Origin: an uncultured Bacillota bacterium
GTDB lineage: Bacteria > Bacillota > Clostridia > Lachnospirales > CAG-274
Direction of reading: 5' to 3'
Assembly: GCA_958426775.1 (NCBI GenBank)
Contig: CATZZP010000001.1
Span: 38,299 to 102,298 of the forward strand
Length of the DNA: 64,000 nucleotides
A program made the translations under genes and the position numbers. Positions 36,478 to 46,174 of this stretch are shown here, piece by piece. Every line of letters begins with the position of its first letter. The stretch's first letter is position 1. The notes under the pieces were generated by a model. It had not been told where the DNA came from. It did no database searches and was given only the letters and a program-made list of their open reading frames with translations.

Positions 36478-37897
36478 TAGCGGTTTAAAATGGTATCAAA
36501 GCCTTAAGTGGATGCTTTTTATAATATACTTTTTTATAGGCTTTATTCCCCTTTTGGTATTCTCATTTACCATGAGTGATACTATAAGGAGCTACTTTAC
36601 AGATACAAATGAAAAGGATGTTTTGTATCAGGCAAATAAAATAGCCGGAAGTATACAAAAGTCAGGGTATCTTACTAATCCTGAAAAAAAGGAGAGCTTT
36701 GAGTATGAGCTTAATGAAAAAAGCAATGAAGAAAATTTTCGTATTATAGTAGTAAACAACAGCGGTGTTGTTGTGGCAGACACAAGCAAGACCGCCATAG
36801 GTAAAATATATATTGTACCTGAAATTATTACTGCCCTGGAGGGCAAGGACGAGGCAAACCTAAGGTGGGAGGAAAGAGCAATCTATGCCTCTGCCTATAT
36901 TGAAAATGATGCTTCTGAAAAAATAGGTGCAGTGCTTATAGTATCGCCCTTTGAGGATATTTTTCAGCTTATAAGTGATATTAACCATAAATGGATAATA
37001 ATTACAATAGGTATAAGTATTGTGGTGGCATTTATTGTATACTTTGTATCACAGCAAATTTTAGCACCTCTTAAAAATATCCTGGAAACTATTAAAAAAA
37101 TTTCGGAGGGTCAGTTACATCAGCGTATCGAAATAACAGGCAAAAACGAGTATACCGAAATTGCAAATGCCATTAACGATATGGCTGAACAGCTTGAGCA
37201 GGTGGAAAGCTCACGACAGGAGTTTGTATCAAATGTATCCCATGAGCTTAAAACGCCTCTAAGCTCTATTAAGGTGTTAAGCGAGTCTATTCTGTTACAG
37301 GAGGAAATGCCCACGGAAATGTACAGAGAGTTTTTACAGGATATTAACTCTGAGGTTGACAGAATGACAAATATTGTAAATGACCTGCTTGCACTTGTTA
37401 AGCTTGACCAGAGAGAGGATGCCCTTAATATTAAGGAAACCGACATCAATAAAATGATACAGGATATAATGAAGCGTATCTATCCTCTTGCCGAAAAGAA
37501 AAATATTGAGCTTTTATATGAGTCAAACAAAGACGTTACTATTGAGGCGGACGAGATGAAGCTGACTCTTGCCGTATCTAACCTTATTGAAAACGGCATT
37601 AAATATACTCCCGACGGCGGTATGGTTAAGGTTGTAATTGACGGTGACCATCAAAACCTTTACCTTACCGTTCAGGATACAGGTATAGGTATAAGCGAGG
37701 AGGAGCAGAGCAAGGTGTTTAAACGCTTCTATCGTGTTGATAAAACAAGAGATAGGGAAACAGGCGGTACAGGCTTAGGTCTTGCCATAACCCACTCTAC
37801 CGTAATGTTGCATAACGGCAGTATTAAGATTATAAGCAGTGAGGGCAACGGTGCTGCCTTTGTTGTAAGACTGCCTATTAAGCATATCAAGGGTTAG
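36458..37897 (+). CDS. Sensor histidine kinase (two TM helices, extracytoplasmic loop, HAMP, HisKA, HATPase)
   Basis: H-box SHELKTPLSSIKV, N-box LIENGIKYT, G-boxes DTGIGI and GGTGLGLAI. The start is uncertain: TTG at 36458 overlaps the RR gene by 20 nt; the alternative ATG at about 36512 (MLFIIYFF...) has only a weak SD. Confidence 0.8.
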   Translation: MVTISSNSGLKWYQSLKWMLFIIYFFIGFIPLLVFSFTMSDTIRSYFTDTNEKDVLYQANKIAGSIQKSGYLTNPEKKESFEYELNEKSNEENFRIIVVNNSGVVVADTSKTAIGKIYIVPEIITALEGKDEANLRWEERAIYASAYIENDASEKIGAVLIVSPFEDIFQLISDINHKWIIITIGISIVVAFIVYFVSQQILAPLKNILETIKKISEGQLHQRIEITGKNEYTEIANAINDMAEQLEQVESSRQEFVSNVSHELKTPLSSIKVLSESILLQEEMPTEMYREFLQDINSEVDRMTNIVNDLLALVKLDQREDALNIKETDINKMIQDIMKRIYPLAEKKNIELLYESNKDVTIEADEMKLTLAVSNLIENGIKYTPDGGMVKVVIDGDHQNLYLTVQDTGIGISEEEQSKVFKRFYRVDKTRDRETGGTGLGLAITHSTVMLHNGSIKIISSEGNGAAFVVRLPIKHIKG

Positions 37898-37916
37898 GAA
37901 AGGAGAAATGTGATAA

Positions 37917-38882
37917 ATGAAGGTTAAAAAGCTTGTTATTGCAGGACTTCTGGGTGCGGCTCTTATAGTTGCAATCTTATGCAGCTTAATTTATTTAAGC
38001 TTTGAGAAAAAAAGCAAGGAGCTTATGGATATAAACTTATATTATTATAATCCGTCAATAAACACTCTTGTAGCGGAAAAGAGAAGCATACCTAAAACCG
38101 AGGACCGTAATGAAACTTTAGCTAATGTTGAGGAGGCGTACAGACAGGGACCTAAAAATCCTGCTATGGTCAAGGCTATCCCGGATGAGCTGGAATTTGA
38201 AATTATAAATAACGACGAAACCTTGGAAAATGTTGTAAGCATTCGGTTTTCGGATAATTTCAATGACCTTACCGAAAGCCAGAGGCTTTTGAGTATAGGC
38301 TCTGTTGTATACACCTTTTCTGATATAAGCTTTATTAATAATGTTCAGCTTTTTGTAGGTGATAAAAATATTGTTGAGCTTTATGATATGTACGGTGGAC
38401 AGTCTACTCTCTTAAATAGGGATAATGTAGTTAATAACCCCGTTATTAATCCTGAAAAGATTAACAGGCAGAAGGTTGTGCTTTACTTTATTGACAGTGA
38501 AGGCAAAAAGCTTGTCCCTGAGGAAAGAAGCATTGAGGTAAAGCAGAGCCAGACCTCTGAGTACCAGATTGTAGAACAATTACTTTTAGGACCGGAAACC
38601 GAGGAATATAAGGCATCAGTTCCCCAGGGTACAAAAATTAATGATATAAAAACCGAAGAGGGTATCTGTTATGTAAACCTTTCAAAGGATTTTCTGAATA
38701 AGCTTACAGGTACCGTAAATGATGAAAAGCTTGCTATTTATTCAATAGTAAATTCTTTAACTGAGCTTAACAGTGTAAATAAGGTGCAGTTCCTTATTGA
38801 GGGTGAAAAGGTAAGCGAGTTTAAGGGTAAGTGCGATTTAAGTAAAACCTTTGAGCGAGAGGAAAGCCTTATAGGAAAATAA
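37917..38882 (+). CDS. Membrane-anchored GerMN-domain protein (two GerMN-like repeats)
   Basis: N-terminal TM. The segment VVLYFIDSEGKKLVPEERSIEV...IVEQLLLGPETEE...VPQGTKINDIKTEEGICYVNLSKDF fits the GerMN pattern (LYF.d..g.LvpE.R.v.....p....l..Ll.GP.......iP.gt.l..v....g.a.vdlS.ef). Confidence 0.6.
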   Translation: MKVKKLVIAGLLGAALIVAILCSLIYLSFEKKSKELMDINLYYYNPSINTLVAEKRSIPKTEDRNETLANVEEAYRQGPKNPAMVKAIPDELEFEIINNDETLENVVSIRFSDNFNDLTESQRLLSIGSVVYTFSDISFINNVQLFVGDKNIVELYDMYGGQSTLLNRDNVVNNPVINPEKINRQKVVLYFIDSEGKKLVPEERSIEVKQSQTSEYQIVEQLLLGPETEEYKASVPQGTKINDIKTEEGICYVNLSKDFLNKLTGTVNDEKLAIYSIVNSLTELNSVNKVQFLIEGEKVSEFKGKCDLSKTFEREESLIGK

Positions 38883-38902
38883 CAAGGGGTTCAGCTTATA
38901 TT

Positions 38903-41185
38903 ATGAAAAGACCTGTTTTTTACATTTTGTTATTTCTTGCTATAGGTATAATTGCAGGGCGATATGCAAAAGAGCTTTGGCATATTGCCCTTTTTGGATT
39001 TAGTGTATGCTTTGCGGGCTATTGTGCATTTAAGCTTACGAAAAATGTACCGACTTTTGTATTGCCCTTTGCGGCAATGGTTGGTTATATTTTATGTGTT
39101 TATGCGGGTATACCCCACCACACGGAGGTTGACAGGCTTACAGATAAGCAAATAAGTGTAAGCGGTCGGGTACATTCCGTGCTGTACAGAAGTAACAGCG
39201 GTAATAGCTGTTTTTTATTAACGGCAGAGGCTTTTGATGACAAGGAAAATTCCGTTATAAGCTCAGATGCCAGGATAAGAGTTTACTCAGAGGAAAGGGT
39301 TTATCCCGGTGATAGGATAATTGTTGAGGGTAAACTTCAGGGCGATAATGAAAAATCAAATCCTGCCGACTTTGACCGTAAAGCCTATATGCTTGCAAGA
39401 AAACAGGACTATACCGTCTATGCAGATAAGGTTATATATAAGGGCAGTGAGCTGAGCTTAAATGCCGTTATGCAGGGCATAAAGGAAAAAGCCTGTGAAG
39501 TGTTTTATAAAGCTATGCCTGAAAAAGACGCAGAGCTTATGTGCGGTATGATGCTGGGTGAAACTGTTAATATTGACAGTGATATAGATGAATTATATAA
39601 GAAAACCGGTATATATCATGCAATAGCTATATCGGGCTTACATATTACACTTGTAGGAGGTATTCTCCTTAAGCTTTTAACCTCTTTTAATAAAACTATA
39701 GGTATGATAGCCACAATAGCTATACTAAGCTGTTATTGTATATTGACAGGCTGCAGTGTATCGGTTGTCAGGGCGGTTATAATGTTTTATATTATGCTTT
39801 TAGGCAGTGTCTTGCTTTACGATTATGATATAATAAGCTCAGGGGCATTGTCTGCCTGTATTCTCCTTGTTTACAGTCCCTATTATCTTTTTGATGCAGG
39901 CTTTCAGCTGTCCTTTGGTGCAGTGTTTGCTATAGGTGCTGTAAGAGATATTACGGAAAGGTTTAAGGGCAACAATAAAATAATTGAGGCAGCAGGCTTT
40001 AATTTAGGTGTGGATTTAGCCGTAAAGCCTATTTCCGCCTTTCATTTTTATTATGTTAATATTTGGTCTGTAATAGCAAATCTTATTATCATACCTTTTA
40101 TGAGTGCGGCAGTAGCCTTAGGCTTTGTTATTGCATTGGCAGGCTTTATAAGCGACGGTGCGGCAAAGCTGTTAGCTATGCCTGTTGTGCTTATACTTAA
40201 TGCTGTAGAGGGCTGGTGCAGATTTTTTGAGCATATTCCTCTATCCTATGTAATTACGGGAAGGCTGCCATGGCTTTTTATTCTGTTATATTTTGTATTC
40301 CTTTTTGTGGTATATAAAGGTATTATGCTTAATAAGCTTAAGGGTGCTTTAGTTACCGTTGCCGTTTTTATATGCCTGTGTATAGGTGCAAGGGTATGCA
40401 GTAGCCTTAAAAACACAACAGAGGTTACCTTTTTGAAGGTGGGACAGGGTGATTGTGCGGTTGCTGCAGGTAAAGGCTATTGCATTGTAGTTGACAGCGG
40501 CAATGAGGGCAACGGAGAGAATGTTTTGTTGCCTCACCTTATGTATAAAGGTGTAAGCAAAGTAGATAAGGTGTTTATATCCCATACTGACAGCGATCAC
40601 ATAAAGGGCATAACCGAAATAATAGGAGAAATTAATATAGAAGATATTTATTTACCGTCGGTATATAATGAAAATGAAAATTATAAGGAGCTTGAAAGCC
40701 TTTGCAATACCTATAATATTAATCTTGACATATTTAACCAAGGTGAGGTAATCAGGCTTAACAAAACAGATAAAATAGAGTGCCTTTATCCTTATGATAA
40801 TTTAAGCCTTGAGGAGAACAACACTTCTATGGTAAACAGGCTTGTTTCGGGAAAGGGCAGTGTGCTTTTTACAGGTGATATTGAGGCAGAGGCAGAGCAA
40901 TTACTGCTTAAAAGTAATACGGACCTTAAGGCTGATGTGCTTAAGCTGGCTCATCACGGTTCACCGTATTCCAATACTAAAGAGTTTATAAGCGAGGTAA
41001 AACCTTTATTAGCTGTAGCCTCGGCACAAAAGAGTGTATACGGACACCCTGCCGACAAGGTAATTAATTTTCTTGAAAAAAATAAAATTACTTGTTATAT
41101 TACGGAATATAGCGGAGCGGTAACCGTAAAATTTTCTCAAAAAGGGATATATGTCAATACCCAAAGGGAGGATAACTATGAATGA
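38903..41185 (+). CDS. comEC: DNA internalization competence protein ComEC/Rec2 (DUF4131 + competence + metallo-beta-lactamase domains)
   Basis: 760 aa polytopic membrane protein. The C-terminal MBL motif region (VFISHTDSDHIKG ... LKLAHHGS) is typical of ComEC. Confidence 0.85.
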   Translation: MKRPVFYILLFLAIGIIAGRYAKELWHIALFGFSVCFAGYCAFKLTKNVPTFVLPFAAMVGYILCVYAGIPHHTEVDRLTDKQISVSGRVHSVLYRSNSGNSCFLLTAEAFDDKENSVISSDARIRVYSEERVYPGDRIIVEGKLQGDNEKSNPADFDRKAYMLARKQDYTVYADKVIYKGSELSLNAVMQGIKEKACEVFYKAMPEKDAELMCGMMLGETVNIDSDIDELYKKTGIYHAIAISGLHITLVGGILLKLLTSFNKTIGMIATIAILSCYCILTGCSVSVVRAVIMFYIMLLGSVLLYDYDIISSGALSACILLVYSPYYLFDAGFQLSFGAVFAIGAVRDITERFKGNNKIIEAAGFNLGVDLAVKPISAFHFYYVNIWSVIANLIIIPFMSAAVALGFVIALAGFISDGAAKLLAMPVVLILNAVEGWCRFFEHIPLSYVITGRLPWLFILLYFVFLFVVYKGIMLNKLKGALVTVAVFICLCIGARVCSSLKNTTEVTFLKVGQGDCAVAAGKGYCIVVDSGNEGNGENVLLPHLMYKGVSKVDKVFISHTDSDHIKGITEIIGEINIEDIYLPSVYNENENYKELESLCNTYNINLDIFNQGEVIRLNKTDKIECLYPYDNLSLEENNTSMVNRLVSGKGSVLFTGDIEAEAEQLLLKSNTDLKADVLKLAHHGSPYSNTKEFISEVKPLLAVASAQKSVYGHPADKVINFLEKNKITCYITEYSGAVTVKFSQKGIYVNTQREDNYE

Positions 41186-42158
41186 AGTTGAAAACGCAGT
41201 AAAAACAGGTGAATATAAGAGAGTTTATCTTTTCTACGGTGAGGAGGTTTACCTTGTAAGGGAAAACCTTAATAAGCTAAGGTCAGGCTGTACAGACAGC
41301 GGAACAGAGCTTTTAAACCTTAGCGTTTTTGAGGGCAAGGCAGAAATTGACCATATAATAAATGCCTGTGACACAATGCCCTTTATGAGCGACAAAAGGC
41401 TTGTAATTGTAAAGGACAGCAAGCTTTTTGAGGCAGGCAGAAAAAACGATACGGAAAGGCTTAGGGAGTACCTGCCTGACATTCCCGAAACAACGGTGCT
41501 TTGCTTTACAGAGGATAAGGTGGATAAAAGGAATGTTCTCTATAAAGAAGCGGCTAAAATAGGTACTTGCCTTGAATTTAAGTTTTTAAAGGACAGCGAC
41601 CTTATAAAATGGGTGATTGAAAAAAGTGATAAAAGATTAAAGTCCAATGAGGCGTTATACCTTATTAAAAACGTAGGTACCTCAATGGAGGCTCTTGAGG
41701 GTGAAATTGACAAGCTTATGAGCTATGCCTCAAAGGATGAGGAAATTACCGTTGACCTTATAGATAATATATGCACAAAATCCCCTGAAACAAATATATT
41801 TGAAATGGTGGATGCCATAGGTAGAAAACAGCCTGCCAAAGCCCTTGAAATTTACCACAATATGCTGAGGATGAAGCAAAGTCCTGTTTATGTCCTTAAA
41901 ACAACGGCAAGGCAGTTTAAGCTTATTTTGCAGTGCAAGTATTTACAGGGTAAGGGTATGAATAATGCTCAGATTGCAGAGGAGCTTTCCTTAAGACGTT
42001 TTGTTGCAGACAGATGCCTTCAGCAGGCAAAAAATTTTAAAACAGCCACCCTTGTCAATGCACTTGATGATTGTGCTAAATGCGATATAGATTTTAAAAG
42101 CGGTAAAATAACCGATAAGCTGGGAGTGGAGGTTATAATATTAAAATACTGCAAATAA
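41178..42158 (+). CDS. holA: DNA polymerase III delta subunit
   Basis: About 326 aa; N-terminus ...YKRVYLFYGEEVYLVRE is typical of HolA. Start ATG 41178 follows AAGGGAGG and overlaps the comEC stop; the comEC-holA order is conserved in Firmicutes. Confidence 0.75.
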   Translation: MNEVENAVKTGEYKRVYLFYGEEVYLVRENLNKLRSGCTDSGTELLNLSVFEGKAEIDHIINACDTMPFMSDKRLVIVKDSKLFEAGRKNDTERLREYLPDIPETTVLCFTEDKVDKRNVLYKEAAKIGTCLEFKFLKDSDLIKWVIEKSDKRLKSNEALYLIKNVGTSMEALEGEIDKLMSYASKDEEITVDLIDNICTKSPETNIFEMVDAIGRKQPAKALEIYHNMLRMKQSPVYVLKTTARQFKLILQCKYLQGKGMNNAQIAEELSLRRFVADRCLQQAKNFKTATLVNALDDCAKCDIDFKSGKITDKLGVEVIILKYCK

Positions 42159-42231
42159 TTACTTAGCTTATACCTGATGCTGATGAGCTTTTGTTATCAA
42201 TTTATTTTGCAAATTACACAAAAAATTTTTA

Positions 42232-42259
42232 TTGTAATATTTAAAAAATATGCTATAAT
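42232..42259 (+). promoter_or_regulatory. Candidate promoter for ppdK (TTGTAA-16-TATAAT)
   Basis: TTGTAA 42232-42237 and TATAAT 42254-42259; AT-rich UP-like region upstream. Confidence 0.4.
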
Positions 42260-42324
42260 GTTGATAGGATAATAACAATAACAGTTGTGATTGTTAAAAT
42301 TGCACACAAAAGGAGGTAATTGAA

Positions 42325-44952
42325 ATGAACAAGAAATACGTTTACTTATTTTCAGAGGGTAACGACCAAATGCGTGAGTTGCTGGGGGGTAAAGGTGCAA
42401 ATCTTGCTGAAATGACTCGTTTAGGTATGCCCGTACCACAGGGCTTTACAATTACAACAGAGGCTTGTAATCAGTATTATGCCGATAATGAAACAATTAA
42501 TGAGGAAATTCAGGGTCAGATTATGGAGTATATTTCCAAAATGGAAGAAATTACGGGTAAAAAATTCGGCGATATGGAAAATCCTCTCCTTGTATCCGTT
42601 CGTTCAGGTGCAAGAGCGTCTATGCCCGGTATGATGGATACCATCCTTAATTTAGGCCTTAACGAAGAGGTTGTCCAAGTAATTGCGGAAAAATCAAACA
42701 ATCACAGATGGGCATGGGATTGCTACAGAAGATTTATACAGATGTATTCCGATGTAGTTATGGAGGTAGGCAAAAAATATTTTGAAGAGCTTATCGACAA
42801 AATGAAAAAAGAAAAAGGCATTACACAGGATGTTGACCTTACAGCTGATGACCTTAAGGAGCTTGCTACACAGTTTAAGGCAGAGTATAAGAACAAAATC
42901 GGCAAGGACTTTCCTACCGACCCTAAGGAACAGCTTATGGGTGCTATTAAGGCTGTATTCAGGTCATGGAACAATCCGCGTGCAATTTACTATAGAAAGA
43001 TGAACGATATTCCCGGTGAGTGGGGTACTGCCGTAAATATTCAATCCATGGTATTCGGTAATATGGGCGATACTTCAGGCACGGGCGTTGCATTTACACG
43101 TAACCCTGCTACAGGCGAAAAGAAGCTTTTCGGTGAATTTCTTATGAATGCACAGGGCGAGGATGTTGTTGCAGGCGTAAGAACACCTAATAAAATTGAA
43201 ACCTTAAAGGAAATAATGCCTGAGGTTTATGACCAGTTTGTAGATATTTGCAACAAGCTTGAAAACCACTACAGAGATATGCAGGATATGGAGTTTACCA
43301 TTGAGGATAAAAAGCTCTATATGCTCCAGACAAGAAACGGCAAAAGAACAGCTGCGGCGGCTCTTAAGATTGCCTGCGACTTAGTTGACGAGGGTATGAT
43401 TGATGAGAAAAAGGCTGTTTGTATGATAGACCCTAAGCAGTTAGATGCACTTTTACACCCACAGTTTGATGCAGAGGCACTTAAGCAGGTTAAGCCTGTT
43501 GCTACAGCCTTAGCGGCATCACCCGGTGCGGCTTGCGGTAAAATTGTGTTTGAGGCATCAGATGCGGTTGCACAGGGTAAGCTCGGTGAAAAGGTTGTGC
43601 TTGTAAGACTTGAAACCTCACCTGAGGATATTGAGGGTATGCACTATGCACAGGGCGTGCTTACGGTAAGAGGCGGTATGACCTCTCATGCGGCGGTTGT
43701 TGCAAGAGGTATGGGTACCTGCTGTGTATCAGGCTGCGGTGCAATTAATATGGACGAGGAAAATAAACGCTTTGAGCTTAACGGCGTTGTATATAAAGAG
43801 GGCGACTGGATTTCTCTTGACGGCTCAACAGGTAATATTTACGGTGAGGCTATACCTACTGTTGATGCTACTATCGGCGGTGATTTCGGCAGAGTAATGG
43901 CATGGGCTGACAAATATCGTAAGCTTGAAGTAAGAACAAATGCAGATACTCCGAGAGATGCCAAGCAGGCGGCTGAGTTTGGTGCAGAGGGAATCGGTCT
44001 TTGCCGTACAGAGCATATGTTCTTTGACCCTGACAGAATTTCAGCTATCAGAGAAATGATTTGCTCCGATACGGTTGAGCAGAGAGAAAAGGCTCTTAAT
44101 AAGCTTGAACCGATGCAGCAGGGGGATTTTGAAAAGCTCTATGAGGCTATGAACGGAAAGCATGTTAATATCCGTTTCCTTGACCCTCCTCTTCATGAGT
44201 TTGTGCCTACCGAGGAGGCTGATATTGAACAGCTTGCACAGGCACAGGGCAAAACCGTATTTGAAATTAAGAATATTATTGCATCTCTTCACGAGTTTAA
44301 CCCTATGATGGGTCATAGAGGCTGTCGTCTTGCAGTTACCTATCCTGAGATTGCAAGAATGCAGACAACTGCCGTAATCAAGGCGGCTATCAATGTAAAT
44401 AAGGCTCACCCCGAATGGAATATTGAGCCTGAAATTATGATACCTCTTGTAGGTGAGGTTAAGGAGCTTGCTTATGTTAAAAAGGTGGTTACAGCTACTG
44501 CCGATGAAATTATCAAGTCAGAGGGCGTTGACCTTAAGTATAAGGTGGGTACCATGATTGAGATACCTCGTGCCGCACTTACTGCTGATAAAATTGCAGA
44601 AGAGGCAGAGTTCTTCTCCTTTGGTACAAACGACCTGACACAGATGACCTTCGGCTTCTCAAGAGATGATGCAGGTAAATTCCTTGACTCTTACTATGAA
44701 AACAAGATTTATGAGTCAGATCCGTTTGCAAGGCTTGACCAAATCGGTGTAGGTCGACTTATGGAAATGGCTGTTAAGCTTGGTAAGCAGACAAGACCTG
44801 ACATTATGTTGGGTATCTGCGGTGAGCATGGCGGTGACCCATCATCAGTTGAGTTCTGCCATAAGATTGGTCTTAACTATGTATCCTGCTCACCTTTCAG
44901 AGTGCCTATTGCAAGGCTTGCAGCGGCACAGGCTGCTATTAATAACGGCTGA
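42325..44952 (+). CDS. ppdK: Pyruvate, phosphate dikinase
   Basis: 875 aa; N-terminal ATP-grasp region; central phospho-His domain (GGMTSHAAVVARGMG); C-terminal PEP-utilising TIM barrel (CGEHGGDP). Confidence 0.9.
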   Translation: MNKKYVYLFSEGNDQMRELLGGKGANLAEMTRLGMPVPQGFTITTEACNQYYADNETINEEIQGQIMEYISKMEEITGKKFGDMENPLLVSVRSGARASMPGMMDTILNLGLNEEVVQVIAEKSNNHRWAWDCYRRFIQMYSDVVMEVGKKYFEELIDKMKKEKGITQDVDLTADDLKELATQFKAEYKNKIGKDFPTDPKEQLMGAIKAVFRSWNNPRAIYYRKMNDIPGEWGTAVNIQSMVFGNMGDTSGTGVAFTRNPATGEKKLFGEFLMNAQGEDVVAGVRTPNKIETLKEIMPEVYDQFVDICNKLENHYRDMQDMEFTIEDKKLYMLQTRNGKRTAAAALKIACDLVDEGMIDEKKAVCMIDPKQLDALLHPQFDAEALKQVKPVATALAASPGAACGKIVFEASDAVAQGKLGEKVVLVRLETSPEDIEGMHYAQGVLTVRGGMTSHAAVVARGMGTCCVSGCGAINMDEENKRFELNGVVYKEGDWISLDGSTGNIYGEAIPTVDATIGGDFGRVMAWADKYRKLEVRTNADTPRDAKQAAEFGAEGIGLCRTEHMFFDPDRISAIREMICSDTVEQREKALNKLEPMQQGDFEKLYEAMNGKHVNIRFLDPPLHEFVPTEEADIEQLAQAQGKTVFEIKNIIASLHEFNPMMGHRGCRLAVTYPEIARMQTTAVIKAAINVNKAHPEWNIEPEIMIPLVGEVKELAYVKKVVTATADEIIKSEGVDLKYKVGTMIEIPRAALTADKIAEEAEFFSFGTNDLTQMTFGFSRDDAGKFLDSYYENKIYESDPFARLDQIGVGRLMEMAVKLGKQTRPDIMLGICGEHGGDPSSVEFCHKIGLNYVSCSPFRVPIARLAAAQAAINNG

Positions 44953-45011
44953 TAAGTATAGAATACCTCTGATTTATTGCATTAAACAGAAAAATATTAA
45001 TATTTGTTTAT

Positions 45012-45043
45012 AAGAGGTTGCTGATTTTTGCAACCTCTTTTTC
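45012..45043 (+). terminator. Rho-independent terminator after ppdK
   Basis: AAGAGGTTGC-TGATTTTT-GCAACCTCTT followed by TTTC. Confidence 0.65.
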
Positions 45044-45107
45044 TATCACTGTACCAAATATAACCCACTAAAATTGATATAATTAAAATAAAAAGGGAGG
45101 TTTATAT

Positions 45108-46097
45108 ATGGACGGAATTGAAACAAAAAAAGCGGCACTAATAAGAATATGGCAGATATTCAACAAATACAGCGACTGCAATCACCCAATAACACAGGAG
45201 GAGATAGCAGACTATCTGCATAATGAGTACGGCATAGACATAGACAGAAAAACCATAAGCAACAACATATCCGTTTTAAAGGAAATCGGTGCAGAGATAG
45301 AGTCGGGGCGTAAGGGCAGTTATCTTCAGGGCAGAATATTTGAAAATTCAGAGCTGCATATGCTTATGGACGCTGTTTTATGCAGTAAATACATTACACC
45401 CAAGCAGTCAAGTGATATTATAAGCAGGCTTTGTTTACTTACAAGCAATTACTTTAAGACAAACATAAAAAATGTTTATTCCGTAAAGGAGAGAAATAAA
45501 ACGGAAAATCAGGCGGTTTTTCTTAATATTGAGCTTATAGACGAGGCTGTTGAAAGGGGTAAAAAAATTCAGTACGACTATAATAAATACGGAGCTGATA
45601 AAAAGCTTCATAAAAGCTCAAGCCACAATGTAAGCCCTTATCAGCTTGTACTGCATAACCAAAGGTATTATCTTATGGGCTACAGCGAAAATTGGGATAA
45701 TATATTTTTCCACAGGCTTGACCGAATTACAAATATGAAAATTACAGATGAGACGGCAATAGATATTACCACCGTAAAGGGGTATGAAAACGGCATTGAC
45801 TACAAGCAGTTATCCTCAGCAAGACCTTATATGTATACCGATGAAGCTGAACTGATTAAGTTTAAGGCAAGGCTTGAAATAACAGACCAGATTATAGATT
45901 GGTTCGGCAAGGATATTTCAATAAAAAAGCTTAATGACGAAATGATTGAGGTTCAGCTTGAAGCAAGCCCTAGGGCTATGGAACATTGGGCTATGCAGTA
46001 TCTTAATTATGTGGAGATAATCTCTCCTGAGAATTTAAGAGAAAATATTGAAAATAATATTAAAAATGCTGTTGAAAAATACGGAATAAAATGTTAA
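45108..46097 (+). CDS. WYL-domain transcriptional regulator (wHTH-WYL-C-terminal extension; BrxR/CapW-like architecture)
   Basis: 329 aa. N-terminal winged HTH (ITQEEIADYLHNEYGIDIDRKTISNNISVLKEIG); central WYL-like core (YQLVLHNQRYYLMGY, analogous to the W-Y-L motif); a further ~100-aa C-terminal domain. Confidence 0.55.
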   Translation: MDGIETKKAALIRIWQIFNKYSDCNHPITQEEIADYLHNEYGIDIDRKTISNNISVLKEIGAEIESGRKGSYLQGRIFENSELHMLMDAVLCSKYITPKQSSDIISRLCLLTSNYFKTNIKNVYSVKERNKTENQAVFLNIELIDEAVERGKKIQYDYNKYGADKKLHKSSSHNVSPYQLVLHNQRYYLMGYSENWDNIFFHRLDRITNMKITDETAIDITTVKGYENGIDYKQLSSARPYMYTDEAELIKFKARLEITDQIIDWFGKDISIKKLNDEMIEVQLEASPRAMEHWAMQYLNYVEIISPENLRENIENNIKNAVEKYGIKC

Positions 46098-46174
46098 AAC
46101 TTACATATATTATTCCGAAAAGGCTTGCTATTGTTCCAAGGATATGATAATATACAATCATTGGAGGAATGCTT

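Noticed and set aside
42268-42300. Imperfect palindrome AACAATAACAGTTGTGATTGTT in the ppdK 5' region as a cre/CcpA site
   Set aside because: Only 18 of 22 positions are symmetric and it does not match the cre consensus (TGNAANCGNTNNCA). It is probably coincidental in AT-rich sequence.
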